From Octopus bimaculoides (lineage: Eukaryota): DNA of 63,772 bases. A program made the position numbers and the translations under genes. A model generated the notes under the pieces. The model saw only the letters and a program-made list of their open reading frames with translations, had not been told where the DNA came from and ran no database searches. The DNA is taken from NCBI RefSeq assembly GCF_001194135.2, contig NC_068986.1, positions 88,497,013-88,560,784 on the forward strand, given 5' to 3'. Below, piece by piece: positions 1 to 12,178 of the stretch (positions are counted from its first letter, which is position 1; the number at the start of each line of letters is the position of its first letter).

Positions 1-678
1 ATATATACATACATATGTCTAAGTGAACTACAGCCTACATGCTACCTTATATGCACCCCAATAATTGTAATACCTTCAAAATCTTTATGCTCTATGACTA
101 CTAACTAAACATAGTCTTCAATTTACATTTAACTGAATATAAAAAAATGAATATAAACTGAGCCAAGAATGAATCAATAACTTTATTCCTTTATCCATAT
201 TAGAAAATATGAGATATCCAAATATACAAGGACAACAAACTGCAATGCAATCAGTATGGTGAAAAACGTATTTTAATAATACGACGTTAGAGGAAAACGT
301 CATATAAACAATGATATGCACGTATCAGTATGATCAATTTTTTATCTAAACGTACGTAGATGTCCTGTCCTCAGCTACTGTTCTTGAAGTTAATGTAGTT
401 TTGGCATTCAGCATTACCATTGAATCTGATGGGGTCCACACACTCACTCACAGGTACAAACATTCACAGACACACACTCACACACATGTGTATGTATATC
501 TGACATACACTTGTTATCTCAAGTATAAAGATCTGCAACAATGGTCATTTTGCACAGATTTTTTTCAAGTTTGCAACGAAGATGTTCGCAATGTACTGCG
601 TCTTTATATTAGACTCGATAAAGTTCTTTATTGTCTCTACGACTGAATCCCAACTGAACTCTGTAATGCCACAGTTTT

Positions 679-900
679 TAAAAGCGAGTGCTGAAAAGTT
701 TCTGGACTTAAGTGTATCACGAAACGCCTGGTTAGAGGCCGAACATTCCCGGTTCTTTTACAGGGCTTAGAAAAAACAGAAGGACGGCTGCAATAAATAT
801 GTGAATCTGAGAGGGGAATATCTTGAGTAAAATTATAATAAAGTGATCGTCCTGTATTTTCTCTTACCCAAACCCAGGAACTTTTCAGCACCCGCTTTTA
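679..900 (+). mobile_element. Mariner-derived MITE (internally deleted Tc1/mariner element)
   Basis: Inverted termini TAAAAGCGAGTGCTGAAAAGTTTCTGG (679-) and CCAGGAACTTTTCAGCACCCGCTTTTA (-900), with TA at both ends. The interior encodes GCNKYVNLRGEYLE*, resembling the mariner transposase C-terminus (KCV.L.GDYVE*). Confidence 0.7.
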
Positions 901-904
901 AATC

Positions 905-1560
905 TTATCCAAGTACGTATTCAAAGCACATTCTCTTGTCGTCCTCGAGTAGGTTTTCCATCTTTCACTTGGGTGCGCAACAGTTGCTCAAGCAGCCAAC
1001 GCTCCAGCATTCGGTTGTCGAGAGCAGCCTATCAAGTCTAATATCACGTGATGTTGATTTCAATGTAGGAAATATTAGCTTTCTTGAGCTCGCTGCGTCG
1101 TTTCTATCACTGGATGTGCATAATTTTTCATCTTGCAAACATCCATTGTGATATCATTTTAGGTACTTAAGATGTTAAATACAACTTGACATTTTTTCTG
1201 AGCCTTATAATACGAGGACATAACAATTGATTTATGGACTGCTTATTGAGACGTTTGCCTCTGACCATGATCTTTCTATACCTGTCTTTCTAGACTTCCA
1301 TATCTGGTGCTGAACACTCTTTAATAAGTATGTTCTATGATAGGTGTCTTGCAGGATATGAAAAATGTTTTACATTTTCCACCATCTCTTCACAGACCTC
1401 AACATCTATTTTACGTTTCTATTTGTTAGTTAATGAACGATCTTAAAGTCTACTTATGTTGAGATTTGCAACTATTCTGTTTTACGCGTTAGTGAAAACG
1501 TTAGTAAATAACAGCGGGCCCTCTTTGCATTGTCATCACATGTGGGCAACTCTTCAATTA
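905..1560 (-). mobile_element. Highly decayed RTE-like LINE reverse transcriptase 3' remnant
   Basis: Minus-strand pieces VCEEMVENVKHFSY (like the RT motif VE.V..F.YLG) and KDGKPTRGRQ (like the RTE C-terminal GKR.RGRP), broken by many stops and frameshifts. Confidence 0.4.
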
Positions 1561-2006
1561 GTGATGCAACCGTAGCTATTGTTCTGATATGGATCTTGCC
1601 TGACTTGAGTAGCTGGTCTCGTGTACAATATGAGATCTGGAGATCGAGTGAGAGCTCCTCTACTTTGGGGATCGAGTGAGGGCTCGTCTAATATGGGTTT
1701 ATATATAAGCTGAAAGGAAGACAAAAACACGTAGGATTATTTAGGATGCCCTTCCAAATTCCAATTACTCACCTTGAATATTCCTATTTTGAGAGACTGG
1801 CAACATTCATGTTGCAGCACAGAGAACAGATTATAATGAATTTATTTGGGCAGCCATGTTTTGCCTTCGTTATTATATGTGTATGCGTATGTCTCTATAC
1901 ACCTGTATATTTATATATATATCTGTGTGTTTTTGTTCGTCTTTTGGTATATATACATATTATGCATGTTTGTACGCGCATGTGTGTGTGTGCGCGCGTG
2001 TGTGTA

Positions 2007-2052
<46 letters not shown>

Positions 2053-2696
2053 CGCTTGTATAATGATAACTCATACACCCCTATTTAGAACATTCATGAA
2101 GAATACATTAGTTTTGTAAGTCACAGTTCCTACCCATTTGCCCACCCTCCACACTACATATATCTACCCACCTACCCACTCACAACATGAGCGAAACTTG
2201 GTAAGCGGAAACTGTGCTGAAACCCATCATAGAATGGTCTTTGATATATATTAGTGTAAGGACGGACTTAATCCCTCACACTGTTTGCATTTAGTACACT
2301 CAGTGTACATTTAGCTGTTTTCGGCATTTGGGGTTATATCTGGTGTTTGAGTATAATTTAATCCCTCCTTTTATCTCAGAGACACTAGAGAATGTTGAGT
2401 ATATTGCTTCACCCTCCCTGAACATGCCTTATGAAAGACGTTAAGCTGTTATTTGAGGGGTATTTCACTGCTATTTAACGCAGGTGGACCAGCCAAACAC
2501 ACGAGTCCTTACTGGCTTCTTTTATAACTCTAAGCAATCTGGCACTTTAAGTGGCGATATCATAATAGAAAATTGAACATATGCTCGCATAATTTTCGCA
2601 TTGGCAAAGCAGCATCCAGTCATAGTTCAGCGTACTTTTATGGTGCAGTAAACATCAATGAATTCATAATTACAGTAGATTGTGGTGGTTTACAAT

Positions 2697-2759
<63 letters not shown>
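2697..2759. repeat. (GATA)n microsatellite
   Basis: Perfect tetranucleotide run. Further (GATA)n runs at about 32325-32375 and 51820-51890. Confidence 0.95.
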
Positions 2760-2932
2760 TGCACATACATATACATACACACACACCTACACATATATAT
2801 ATATATATACATGTAGATGTATGTACATATATAGATACATATTTATAAATATGTACATAGATACATATATATATTTATACATACACATACATATATATAT
2901 ATGTGCTTATATTTATATATATAGTATGTATT

Positions 2933-2964
<32 letters not shown>

Positions 2965-3379
2965 CATACCTGTATGTATATGTTTGAATGCATCTATATG
3001 TGTGTGTGTCCGGATACTCGTTTCTGAAGTGGTTTACACTGTGCCTGTGCTTGCGCACGCGCGTATATGCAATAGAAAGAGACAGAGAGAGAGAGAGAGA
3101 GTGGGAGAGAGATTGAGGTAGAGAGAGAGAGAGAGAGAGAGAGTAGGCATTTGAGTATGTGTCCGAACGCACTATATGTATTTAAACAAAAACAAAAGAC
3201 AGTAAATATACTTTATATATATTTTATACGATATTACTTTACTTATTACGAGGTTACATTTTTTTATGTATTTTTATTGTTATTCGATCAAGAGTTTATA
3301 TTTGCTCCACCAGATACATTTCAAACACACACACACATACACACACACACACACACATACACACACACACACATACACA

Positions 3380-3420
<41 letters not shown>

Positions 3421-3948
3421 AGGCCCAAATACTTATATACATACAGTCTCATATAATAAACGGAAGTATGCACAGACGCATAAATGCACTGCAGTACACA
3501 TAGGAAAGGCACAAACAGAGAAACAGACACACACGTATACACAGCATTGCCAGTCTCATTACTAACCCATTTAGCTTACCCTAAAACAATCTTCTTTCGC
3601 ATTATGGATAAACTGAGATCAAAGAGTTTGGATCCATTCTCACACATTAANNNNNNNNNNNNNNNNNNNNNNNNNNNNNNNNNNNNNNNNNNNNNNNNNN
3701 NNNNNNNNNNNNNNNNNNNNNNNNNNNNNNNNNNNNNNNNNNNNNNNNNNNNNNNNNNNNNNNNNNNNNNNNNNNNNNNNNNNNNNNNNNNNNNNNNNNN
3801 NNNNNNNNNNNNNNNNNNNNNNNNNNNNNNNNNNNNNNNNNNNNNNNNNNNNNNNNNNNNNNNNNNNNNNNNNNNNNNNNNNNNNNNNNNNNNNNNNNNN
3901 NNNNNNNNNNNNNNNNNNNNNNNNNNNNNNNNNNNNNNNNNNNNNNNN

Positions 3949-3993
<45 letters not shown>

Positions 3994-4405
3994 GAGAGAG
4001 AGAGAGAGAGAGACATACGCACACACACAAAACAGACACATGCGTATGTATCTGTCTATTTATCTATCTGTGTGTATGTGTGTGTGTGGCGGATATGTCT
4101 TTGTATATAAATATATATTCATCCTACAAGGTCTTTGCAAAATAGGTATGCATCCATACAATCATCATACATACATGCATACTCACATACATACACACGT
4201 ACATACACACCTACATACACACATACGTACTCACTAACTTCAATACATACATACATAAGCATAAATTATACCCCAAGCTTTCAGTTCCAACCAAATTTAT
4301 GTAGATACTTTTTTTTTCTTCTATTTTACCTAATTATTAATTATTTATTAGATATCAAACTATATGCACGCTCACGAATGTATATAAGGCACACACACGC
4401 ACACA

Positions 4406-4475
<70 letters not shown>

Positions 4476-4616
4476 CACATGCACACACACAGATATGTAA
4501 ACGTCACAATTATCAGAACATAAACTTGTATATACTATATAAATCGTAAACCTTACCACTGGCGTTGAACTGGGGAAGGTATGAGACTTGCACGTATATT
4601 GGCCCCGAACAACAAG

Positions 4617-4656
<40 letters not shown>

Positions 4657-5140
4657 CAAAAACATACATACATACAGGCAACACCAATTATCTACAATAT
4701 CCTATAGCATCAATAGATATCTCGCCTCCGCACCCTGGTCGAGATTATTGCTAAGTGTCAACAACAATATAATTTCTATATAATCATTTTATTTCTCATC
4801 TTATAGATATCTATATTATTGGGGCCTTTCTTTATTATTGTTGCCAATTTTGTTGTTGTTGTTGTTGTTGTTGTTATTATTATTTTTGCTCTTGTTTTTA
4901 TTGTAGTTTTTATGCCTGTTTTCTTGTATTCGATTCTGTGTAAACCAACTCTCCTACAGTTTTTGCAGTTTGCCCTTCTAATATCTGCTTATCTGTCGTC
5001 GCCGTGGTCAGCAATAGGATTGTTATTATGGAGAGTGTTATACAAAAATGATTAGAGCGTCGCACAAAGTTCTTTGCAGTACTTTTCCAGTTTTTATATT
5101 TTTTTTATTTATTATTAGTATTTTTTTATTATTTTTTTAA

Positions 5141-5318
5141 GGTGGTGGTGCGACTTTGCTAACGCTCTGAGATCAGATCAATTGAATGTCAACTTTACCT
5201 TTCACCTCTCCGAGTTCAATGAAATAAAGTACAAATGAAGCACTGAAGCGGATTTCATCGACAAAGTCCCCTCCTTTCAAAATTGTCTGTCCGTGTGTCA
5301 AAATTACAAGAAATTATT
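5141..5318 (+). mobile_element. SINE family A, degenerate copy
   Basis: Diverged match to the shared core GTCGACTTTGCCTTTCATCC...AAGTAC seen in the better copies nearby. Confidence 0.55.
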
Positions 5319-5499
5319 AAAGGAACGTTGCATTGGTAAATTGCTTTGTGGTATCTTTTGCGGCTCCTTATATTCTGCGTTGAATTCCCATCCAGAAAAA
5401 ACTTTGCCTTTCAAGATTTCGAGGTAAATAAAATAAAATATCCGTAACGTAATGACAGAATCCCTGGCCTCAAAACTGGCGTCTTTGTGCCTAAATTAG

Positions 5500-5504
<5 letters not shown>

Positions 5505-5536
<32 letters not shown>

Positions 5537-5616
5537 TCTTCTTCTTCTTCTTCTTCTTCTTCTTCTTCTTCTTCTTCTTCTTCTTCTTCTTCTTCTTCTT
5601 CTTCTTCTTCTTCTTC
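5505..5616. repeat. Compound (CAT)n(CTT)n microsatellite
   Basis: Direct reading of the sequence. Confidence 0.95.
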
Positions 5617-5707
5617 GAGGTTGACTTTGCCATTCATCCATTCGGGGGTCGATGAAATAAGTACCCCATTCCCCACATTTTCAGGCCCTGTGCCTTTAGT
5701 AGAAAGG

Positions 5708-5710
<3 letters not shown>
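5616..5710 (+). mobile_element. SINE family A, 3' half, followed by (ATT)n tail
   Basis: CGAGGTTGACTTTGCCATTCATCC...TTTCAGGCCCTGTGCCTTTAGTAGAAAGGATT then (ATT)n to 5779. Confidence 0.8.
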
Positions 5711-5780
<70 letters not shown>

Positions 5781-5783
<3 letters not shown>

Positions 5784-5875
5784 CGGTGAGCTGGCAGAAT
5801 CGTTAGCGCGCTGGACGAAATGCTTAGCGGGATTTCGTCATCCGCTATGTTCCGCCGCAATTCTTGTATGGATGG
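5781..5875 (+). mobile_element. SINE family A, 5' head fragment
   Basis: AGGCGGTGAGCTGGCAGAATCGTTAGCGCGCTGGACGAAATGCTTAGCGG; tRNA-like head with an A-box-like motif. Confidence 0.8.
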
Positions 5876-5991
5876 TAAGCCAGGGATCATTGTTAAATAT
5901 TCTATTATGATTATGATTATGATTATGATGATGATGATGATGATCATTATTATTATTATTGTTGTTATTTTTATTATCGTTATAATTATTC

Positions 5992-6195
5992 AGGCGCTGA
6001 AGTGGTAGAATCGTCAGCACGCTAGACGCAATGCTTAGCAAAATGCTTTCGCCCGCCGCTACGTTCTGAGTTCGAATTCCGCCGAGATCGACTTTGCCTT
6101 TCATCCTTTTGGAGTCGATAAATTAAGTACCAGGTCGAAGTAATTGAATTAACCCCTCCTCTGAAATTTCAGGCCTTGTGTCTATAGTAGAAAGG

Positions 6196-6240
<45 letters not shown>
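5992..6240 (+). mobile_element. SINE family A, full-length copy with (ATT)n tail
   Basis: tRNA-like head with B-box-like GAGTTCGAATTCC, body GATCGACTTTGCCTTTCATCC, 3' AGAAAGGATT(ATT)n. Confidence 0.85.
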
Positions 6241-6241
<1 letters not shown>

Positions 6242-6436
6242 GAACGGTTGAGCTGACACAATCGTTAGCAGCCTGGAAGAAATGTTTAGTAGCATTTCGT
6301 CTGTCTTTACGTTGAATTCAAATTCTGCTCGTGTCGTTTTTGGCTTTCATCATTTCTGGGTCGATAAAATAAGAACTAGTTGAGCAATTAACTCCCTCCC
6401 CTAAAATTGCTGGCCTTGTGCTAGAATTAGAAAAAC
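6241..6436 (+). mobile_element. SINE family A, full-length diverged copy
   Basis: Same head, body and tail motifs; begins immediately after the previous copy's (ATT)n tail. Confidence 0.8.
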
Positions 6437-6481
6437 CAAGTAAACTCTACAAAAGTATTTAGACAATATACATATTTTCAG

Positions 6482-6720
6482 ACAATGTACGTATCGAGAA
6501 GGAAATGAGATCGTATTTTAAATTGTATGAAAAGGATAGCATACTAGATGAAACTGCGAAGAGGCTTTACGAAATGAACATTTTTAATGATCCAGAGAAA
6601 GTCAGATCTCATTTACTAGCTAAAAACCCAGAGCTCTCAAAGAATAGATTTTGGAATTTCTGGCGACAAGCAATACACAAGAGAAGTAGATGGATGTGGA
6701 ATCAGTTCAAGGCAAAATGA
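6482..6720 (+). CDS. Putative terminal coding exon of an unidentified gene (C-terminal ~79 aa)
   Basis: Acceptor CATATTTTCAG ends at 6481. Open, non-repetitive frame NVRIEKEMRSYFKLYEKDSILDETAKRLYEMNIFNDPEKVRSHLLAKNPELSKNRFWNFWRQAIHKRSRWMWNQFKAK* with stop at 6718-6720, and AATAAA at 6772-6777. No family recognised. Confidence 0.4.
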
Positions 6721-7020
6721 CCTTTGATTTGTATAAACATATCTTGTTTAAAATGTTTCACCATATATTTTAATAAATTCCGTGTGAATATTTATGCTTT
6801 ATAAAATATAATGTGTGTGTGTGCTGGCTGCTGGGTCTCCCCATATTCTTGCTATAACTATTTTTAAATCAACATTTTTCGAAACTTTTACTTCTTCCAA
6901 GACTACATTGTTTATGTCTGACAGAATTGCAACATCTTTTATGAAAAACTCTCACTTTGTTATCATGTAATGTATAATGTTATTGGTTTGCTTAACTTTT
7001 ATCTTTCTTTTGATTTTGCC

Positions 7021-7388
7021 TGTGTCAGTCATTAGACTGCAGCCATGCTGGGGCACCCCGTTAAAGAAATTTAGTCGACACTCATTGATAATTTTTGGAA
7101 TCCTGGTACTTATTTTATCCGTTACTTTTGCAGAACCGCTAAGTTACGGGGACAAAACACACCAACACTGGTTAGAAGGTGGGAGCAAATACAGATGCAA
7201 ACAAATATACATATATAAATGTAGACATATATGACGGGCTTCTTTCCGTTTCCGTTTATCAAATCCACGCAAAAGTCTTTAGTCGACCCGGGGCTATAGA
7301 AGTAGACACTTGTCCAACGTATCTCAAAGTGTGACTGAACCCGCAACCCTGTGGTCGGCAAGCAAACTTCTTCTCGCGCAACCATGTC
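7021..7388 (-). mobile_element. SINE family C (CORE-like, tRNA-derived)
   Basis: Matches the copies at 13497-14110 and 33852-34222. Those copies carry TGGCACCTTGGGCAAGTG / TGACACTTTGGGCAGGTG, similar to the CORE domain. Confidence 0.85.
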
Positions 7389-7389
7389 T

Positions 7390-8270
7390 GTACTTGTTCA
7401 AATATTTCATCGGCCTGGATGTGAAACTCATACACGGTCTTTTGTCTACCAGATTCGCTTAGAGCCCTTTTCTTGTATTTGATTGCACAACTCATCTGAG
7501 TGTTGCATCCGTAGTCTTTTAAGTATGTAACCAGTGTCAATTGGGACAAAACTTTGCTTTTGTTTCCTCCCATTTTGCAACCTGAATGTCCACTCATTGA
7601 TTGCATAGGCCGCTTTTGTTCGTTGAAACGGTGGAATGAATATCCTTACTCACTGAACTTGTTTTAAGAGCTTGATTTTGAGCAGCCACCAGAGATTTTC
7701 CGTTTCACTCTTTGAATCTTCACTTTAGAGATACTCCAACGATGTAATTGCGTTTCTACTAAGTTTTCCTTCCTTTGAAAATTAACCTACTTTGGTATGC
7801 GTTTTCTCTTCAAGCTCAAATGAAGTAGGTTCTTGTTCTAATATAGCTTATTGAAATAGCTCTTCACTTTTTCATATGCACTAACTTACTTACCGTTTTT
7901 CTTCATTCATAATGACGAATACTACTCAGTCCTCTCTTAATAATTTGCCGTTTCATATATAAACGACTAATATAACACTTTGAAGGAAGGGTTTCATACA
8001 TACACAACGGCTTTCTCGTTTCTTATTTCTGACTAATGGATCTTTATCTTTTTTATCTTTGCGTTCAATTCCCTTATCCCAAAACCATAAGGCATACCGT
8101 GAATACGTTGATCGTATTTATCACATTCCTTGACTTAAATTTGGATGTCAATGAAGCTTATATTTTACAAATATAGCGTTTTCAATTGTTCATCAAATCC
8201 CTTATACATAACATCGTCGAATTCCTGAATGCTTGTATATCTGCATCCAGTATCACCAGGTTATGAGACC
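7390..8270 (-). mobile_element. Old R4/Dong-like RLE non-LTR retrotransposon remnant
   Basis: Broken minus-strand motifs in the expected order: LVILDADI, LTSKFKSRNVINTINVFTV, RLYMKRQIIKRGL, KSETEN.LVAAQNQALKT, HSGCKM, KTVYEFHIQAD. These parallel the R4-clade RT thumb, Zn-knuckle and RLE region. Confidence 0.65.
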
Positions 8271-8438
8271 CGTTTTTTTTTTTTTTTCCTTAAAACTATT
8301 TTAATAAAATGAACGCCACCTCTACTTTTATGAGTGAAGTCGCACTTTTTCATAGGAAAAAAAAAATATTCCATTGCACTGTGGCACAGTTTTTCTATAT
8401 TAGCAAGTAAATTGGTTTTTTCGTAGTCGTAAGTCATA

Positions 8439-8504
8439 GACCTTGTCGCCTAATGGATAAGACGTCTGACTTCAAATCAGATTTTCGTATTTCGGTCGTG
8501 GACG
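8439..8504 (+). pseudogene. tRNA-Arg(TCG)-derived pseudogene, anticodon now TCA, T-arm degenerate
   Basis: GACCTTGTCGCCTAATGGATAAGACGTCTGACTTCAAATCAGA matches the 5' half of eukaryotic tRNA-Arg. Anticodon stem TCTGA/TCAGA with loop CTTCAAA. No GTTCGA T-loop. Confidence 0.7.
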
Positions 8505-9689
8505 TAAGTTAAGTATTTTGACAATAGAAGCAGCAAAGTCTCGATCACAGGAAACGAACCTGAGACCTTTCGACAACCTATCTAATCTGTCAGCTGCAAT
8601 TCTGCATGATACAGTTCAAATTTCCCTGAAATCTACCGTAAAATTCTCACACACAGAAATAGTCCATCCTCTTCCTATCCTCTATGTTGTTCTTATCTTA
8701 GAAACAAACATTCTATCTATCTATCTATCTAGCTAGCTAGCTAGCTAACTGTCTGGCTTGCTGGCTATATGTATACACACACACACACACACACCACACA
8801 AATATATATANNNNNNNNNNNNNNNNNNNNNNNNNNNNNNNNNNNNNNNNNNNNNNNNNNNNNNNNNNNNNNNNNNNNNNNNNNNNNNNNNNNNNNNNNN
8901 NNNNNNNNNNNNNNNNNNNNNNNNNNNNNNNNNNNNNNNNNNNNNNNNNNNNNNNNNNNNNNNNNNNNNNNNNNNNNNNNNNNNNNNNNNNNNNNNNNNN
9001 NNNNNNNNNNNNNNNNNNNNNNNNNNNNNNNNNNNNNNNNNNNNNNNNNNNNNNNNNNNNNNNNNNNNNNNNNNNNNNNNNNNNNNNNNNNNNNNNNNNN
9101 NNNNNNNNNNNNNNNNNNNNNNNNNNNNNNNNNNNNNNNNNNNNNNNNNNNNNNNNNNNNNNNNNNNNNNNNNNNNNNNNNNNNNNNNNNNNNNNNNNNN
9201 NNNNNNNNNNNNNNNNNNNNNNNNNNNNNNNNNNNNNNNNNNNNNNNNNNNNNNNNNNNNNNNNNNNNNNNNNNNNNNNNNNNNNNNNNNNNNNNNNNNN
9301 NNNNNNNNNNNNNNNNNNNNNNNNNNNNNNNNNNNNNNNNNNNNNNNNNNNNNNNNNNNNNNNNNNNNNNNNNNNNNAAGAAGAAGAAGAAGAAGAAGAA
9401 GAAGAAGAAGAAGAAGAAGAAGAAGAAGAAGAAGAAGAAGAAAAAGAATGATAATGATAATAATAATAATAATGAATAAATAATAGCAACAACAACAATA
9501 ATAATACATTTCCACCTAATATCTTAGGTGGAAATTGAAACCGCCAGTGCTTAATTGTAAGCAAATCTCTGCATGATTTGCTCACTGTCTAACACTTGAA
9601 TTGTAACTTTAATATTGCTCGGGTAGAGGGGTGGGGGCAGAGATATTTCTTTAAACTCAAACCGGACAACAACAGCGGGAATTATACAA

Positions 9690-9814
9690 TACCAGCACCA
9701 TCAATATCATCATCGTCATCATCATCATCATCGTCGTCGTCGTCATCGTCGTCATCATGATCATGGTTGCCATCATTGCTTGTTGCTTTCCGTCGTCTTC
9801 ATCGTTGCCGCCAT

Positions 9815-9853
<39 letters not shown>

Positions 9854-9925
9854 TATCATCAATATCATCAATATCATCATCATCGTCATCATCATTATCA
9901 CCATCAACATCATCATCATCATCAA

Positions 9926-9973
<48 letters not shown>

Positions 9974-9980
9974 TATCAAT

Positions 9981-10023
<43 letters not shown>

Positions 10024-10270
10024 ATATCATCATCATCGTTGTCGTCGTCGTTCGTCTTCGTCTTCCGTTGTCGTCGTCGTCACCATCACAATCATCAGCA
10101 TCATCATCACATCACCATCATTCTCATTATCACCATCCTCATCATCGTCGTCGTCATCATCAGCCTACCATCCGTCATTGTGTAAATAACAATAACTGCC
10201 ACACACTACCTTCATCAGCATCAGCAACGACACTATCACCATTAATTACCAAAACCACCGTCCTATGCTA
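9690..10270. repeat. Degenerate (CAT/CGT)n low-complexity tract
   Basis: Translates as poly-H, poly-I or poly-S depending on frame; not coding. Confidence 0.9.
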
Positions 10271-10297
10271 GAAATAGCAGCCACAAATGTCACAAAT

Positions 10298-10666
10298 GTT
10301 AGGGCAGCGGACTCGCAGTCATAGGATCGCTGTTTCGATTCCCAGACTGAGCGTTGTGAGTGTTTATTGAGCGAAAACACCTAAAAAGCTCGACGAGGCT
10401 CTGGCAGGAGATGGTGGCGAACCCTGCTGTACTCTTTCACCACAACTTTCTTTCACTCTTTCTTCCTGTTTTTGTTGTACCTGTAATTCAAAGGGTCAGC
10501 CTTGTCACACTGTGTCACGCTGAATATCCCCGAGAACTACGTTAAGGGTACACGTGTCTGTGGAGTGCTCAGCCACTTGCACGTTAATTTCACGAGCAGG
10601 TTGTTCCGTTGATTGGATCAACTGGAACCCTCGACATCGTAAGCGACGGAGTGCCAACAACAACAA
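10298..10666 (+). mobile_element. SINE family B (tRNA head, (CAA)n tail), slightly 5'-truncated
   Basis: Aligns end to end with 14882-15271; B-box-like GTTTCGATTCCC; 3' GGAGTGCCAACAACAAC. Confidence 0.9.
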
Positions 10667-11128
10667 ACTACTTCTGAAAAGAAGATGAAGTGGTCACAGA
10701 TATAAATCTTTAGATGTGATAAATCAGGTTGGCTGGAGTTGAACATCAACAACATCAACACCAATAACAACAATAACGCCAACAGCAACAGCAACATCGT
10801 CAACAAAAGCAGCATATCTCCGTATGCAGTCTATAATACCATCGTAGTTACTATCACGACAACATAAGCAGGACTCTTCCAATCCTCGGAGCACAAAGAT
10901 GGTTGGTAGTTAAGAAATCCACTTCATAGCTTCGTGATTTCCAGTTCAATCTCAATACACGATTCTTTGATCTTCTGCTGTACAGTCGGGTTAATCAAAT
11001 CCCGGTAAATAGAATTAAGTAGAGCGAAATTGTGAGGATGACCATCGGTTGAGAAGAATGTTTGTGTTCTTTGGTACCAGATTTATTTATATATCTTTTT
11101 TTTTTGTTTAATGCCTCATACTGGACAA

Positions 11129-11347
11129 TGTATTCTTTTCTACTCTAGGCACAAGGCCCGAATTTTTGGGGAAATGGTCCAGTCGATTAGATCGACCCAG
11201 TTCGCAACTGGTACTTAATTTATTGACCCTCAAAGGATGAAAGGCAAAGTCGACCTCAGCGGAATTTAAACTCAGAACGTAAAGACAGACGAAACACCGC
11301 TAAGTATTTCGCCCGGCGTGCTAGCGTTTCTGCACGCTCGCCGCCTT
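11129..11347 (-). mobile_element. SINE family A, full-length, with 11-bp TSD
   Basis: Reverse complement of family A. Direct repeat ATACTGGACAA at 11118-11128 and 11348-11358. Confidence 0.9.
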
Positions 11348-12178
11348 ATACTGGACAAGATATTGAGCAGCATTTGATGGTGACGCTCAAGCTAGAGAGT
11401 TCATGTGGTTTGAGAGTATGAAATCCCCACTTAGCCACCAGAGATTTAGACAATCGATTTATGAAATAGCATCAATAGAGTATGATGGTTTTATGGCTAA
11501 GTAATATCTAACTGGAAGGAAGAATGGCCTCCTGGACATATGTTACACAGGCTTGACGTGGATGTCATGCCAATCAATCTCCTGCCTAAGTAAGATTTGT
11601 GCTTGAAGGCTAAGCTCTGGAGACAAGTGTCTGGCAGAATAAACTGAAAATGAGTGGGAAAACTGTACTGTATCTTTCCACAGAATAATAAAATCACGTA
11701 TCTTCAGACTTTGGCCTGACGCCTGTAGAATACATACATTAAGAGATAGAGGAAATGGGTGAGAGAGAAGGAAAGAGAATAAATTTTATCACCAGGTTTA
11801 CTAACATCACCTGATACCTGTATCATACCTGTTTCATTTCAGGCCCATTGTTGCGAGCATTTAGCCCGAATCTTCAGTCTTGCAATGACTTTCTCTCTTT
11901 CTCCTACTTGGAGCTTATGAAAAACTAAGTCGACTCTCCTCGTCTGATCAAGTGAATAAAATATGAAAAATAACTAACATCACCACCACTAGCATCTCTA
12001 ACATCATCTCCACCTTCACCACATTTAAAACCACTACCATCAGCTATCACTACAACCACTACCATCAACTATCACTACAACCACTACCACCACCACCACC
12101 ACCACAATCTTCACTTCATCATCACAACAATCGCCTTCATCACACCAGTAACTATCACTTGGCAGAAACTATCATTTA

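Noticed and set aside
1767-4617. Minus-strand gene suggested by donors at 1772 (GTGAGT), about 3579 (GTAAGC) and 4556 (GTAAGG)
   Set aside because: Acceptors are weak or lost in a gap, the peptides are unrecognisable, and such donors occur often by chance.
7259-7606. 115-aa minus-strand ORF containing an MGGNKSK myristoylation-like motif
   Set aside because: It is a chimera of a decayed RLE LINE and a family C SINE.
8439-8504. Functional selenocysteine or opal suppressor tRNA
   Set aside because: No T-loop or B-box, poor acceptor-stem pairing and no long variable arm.
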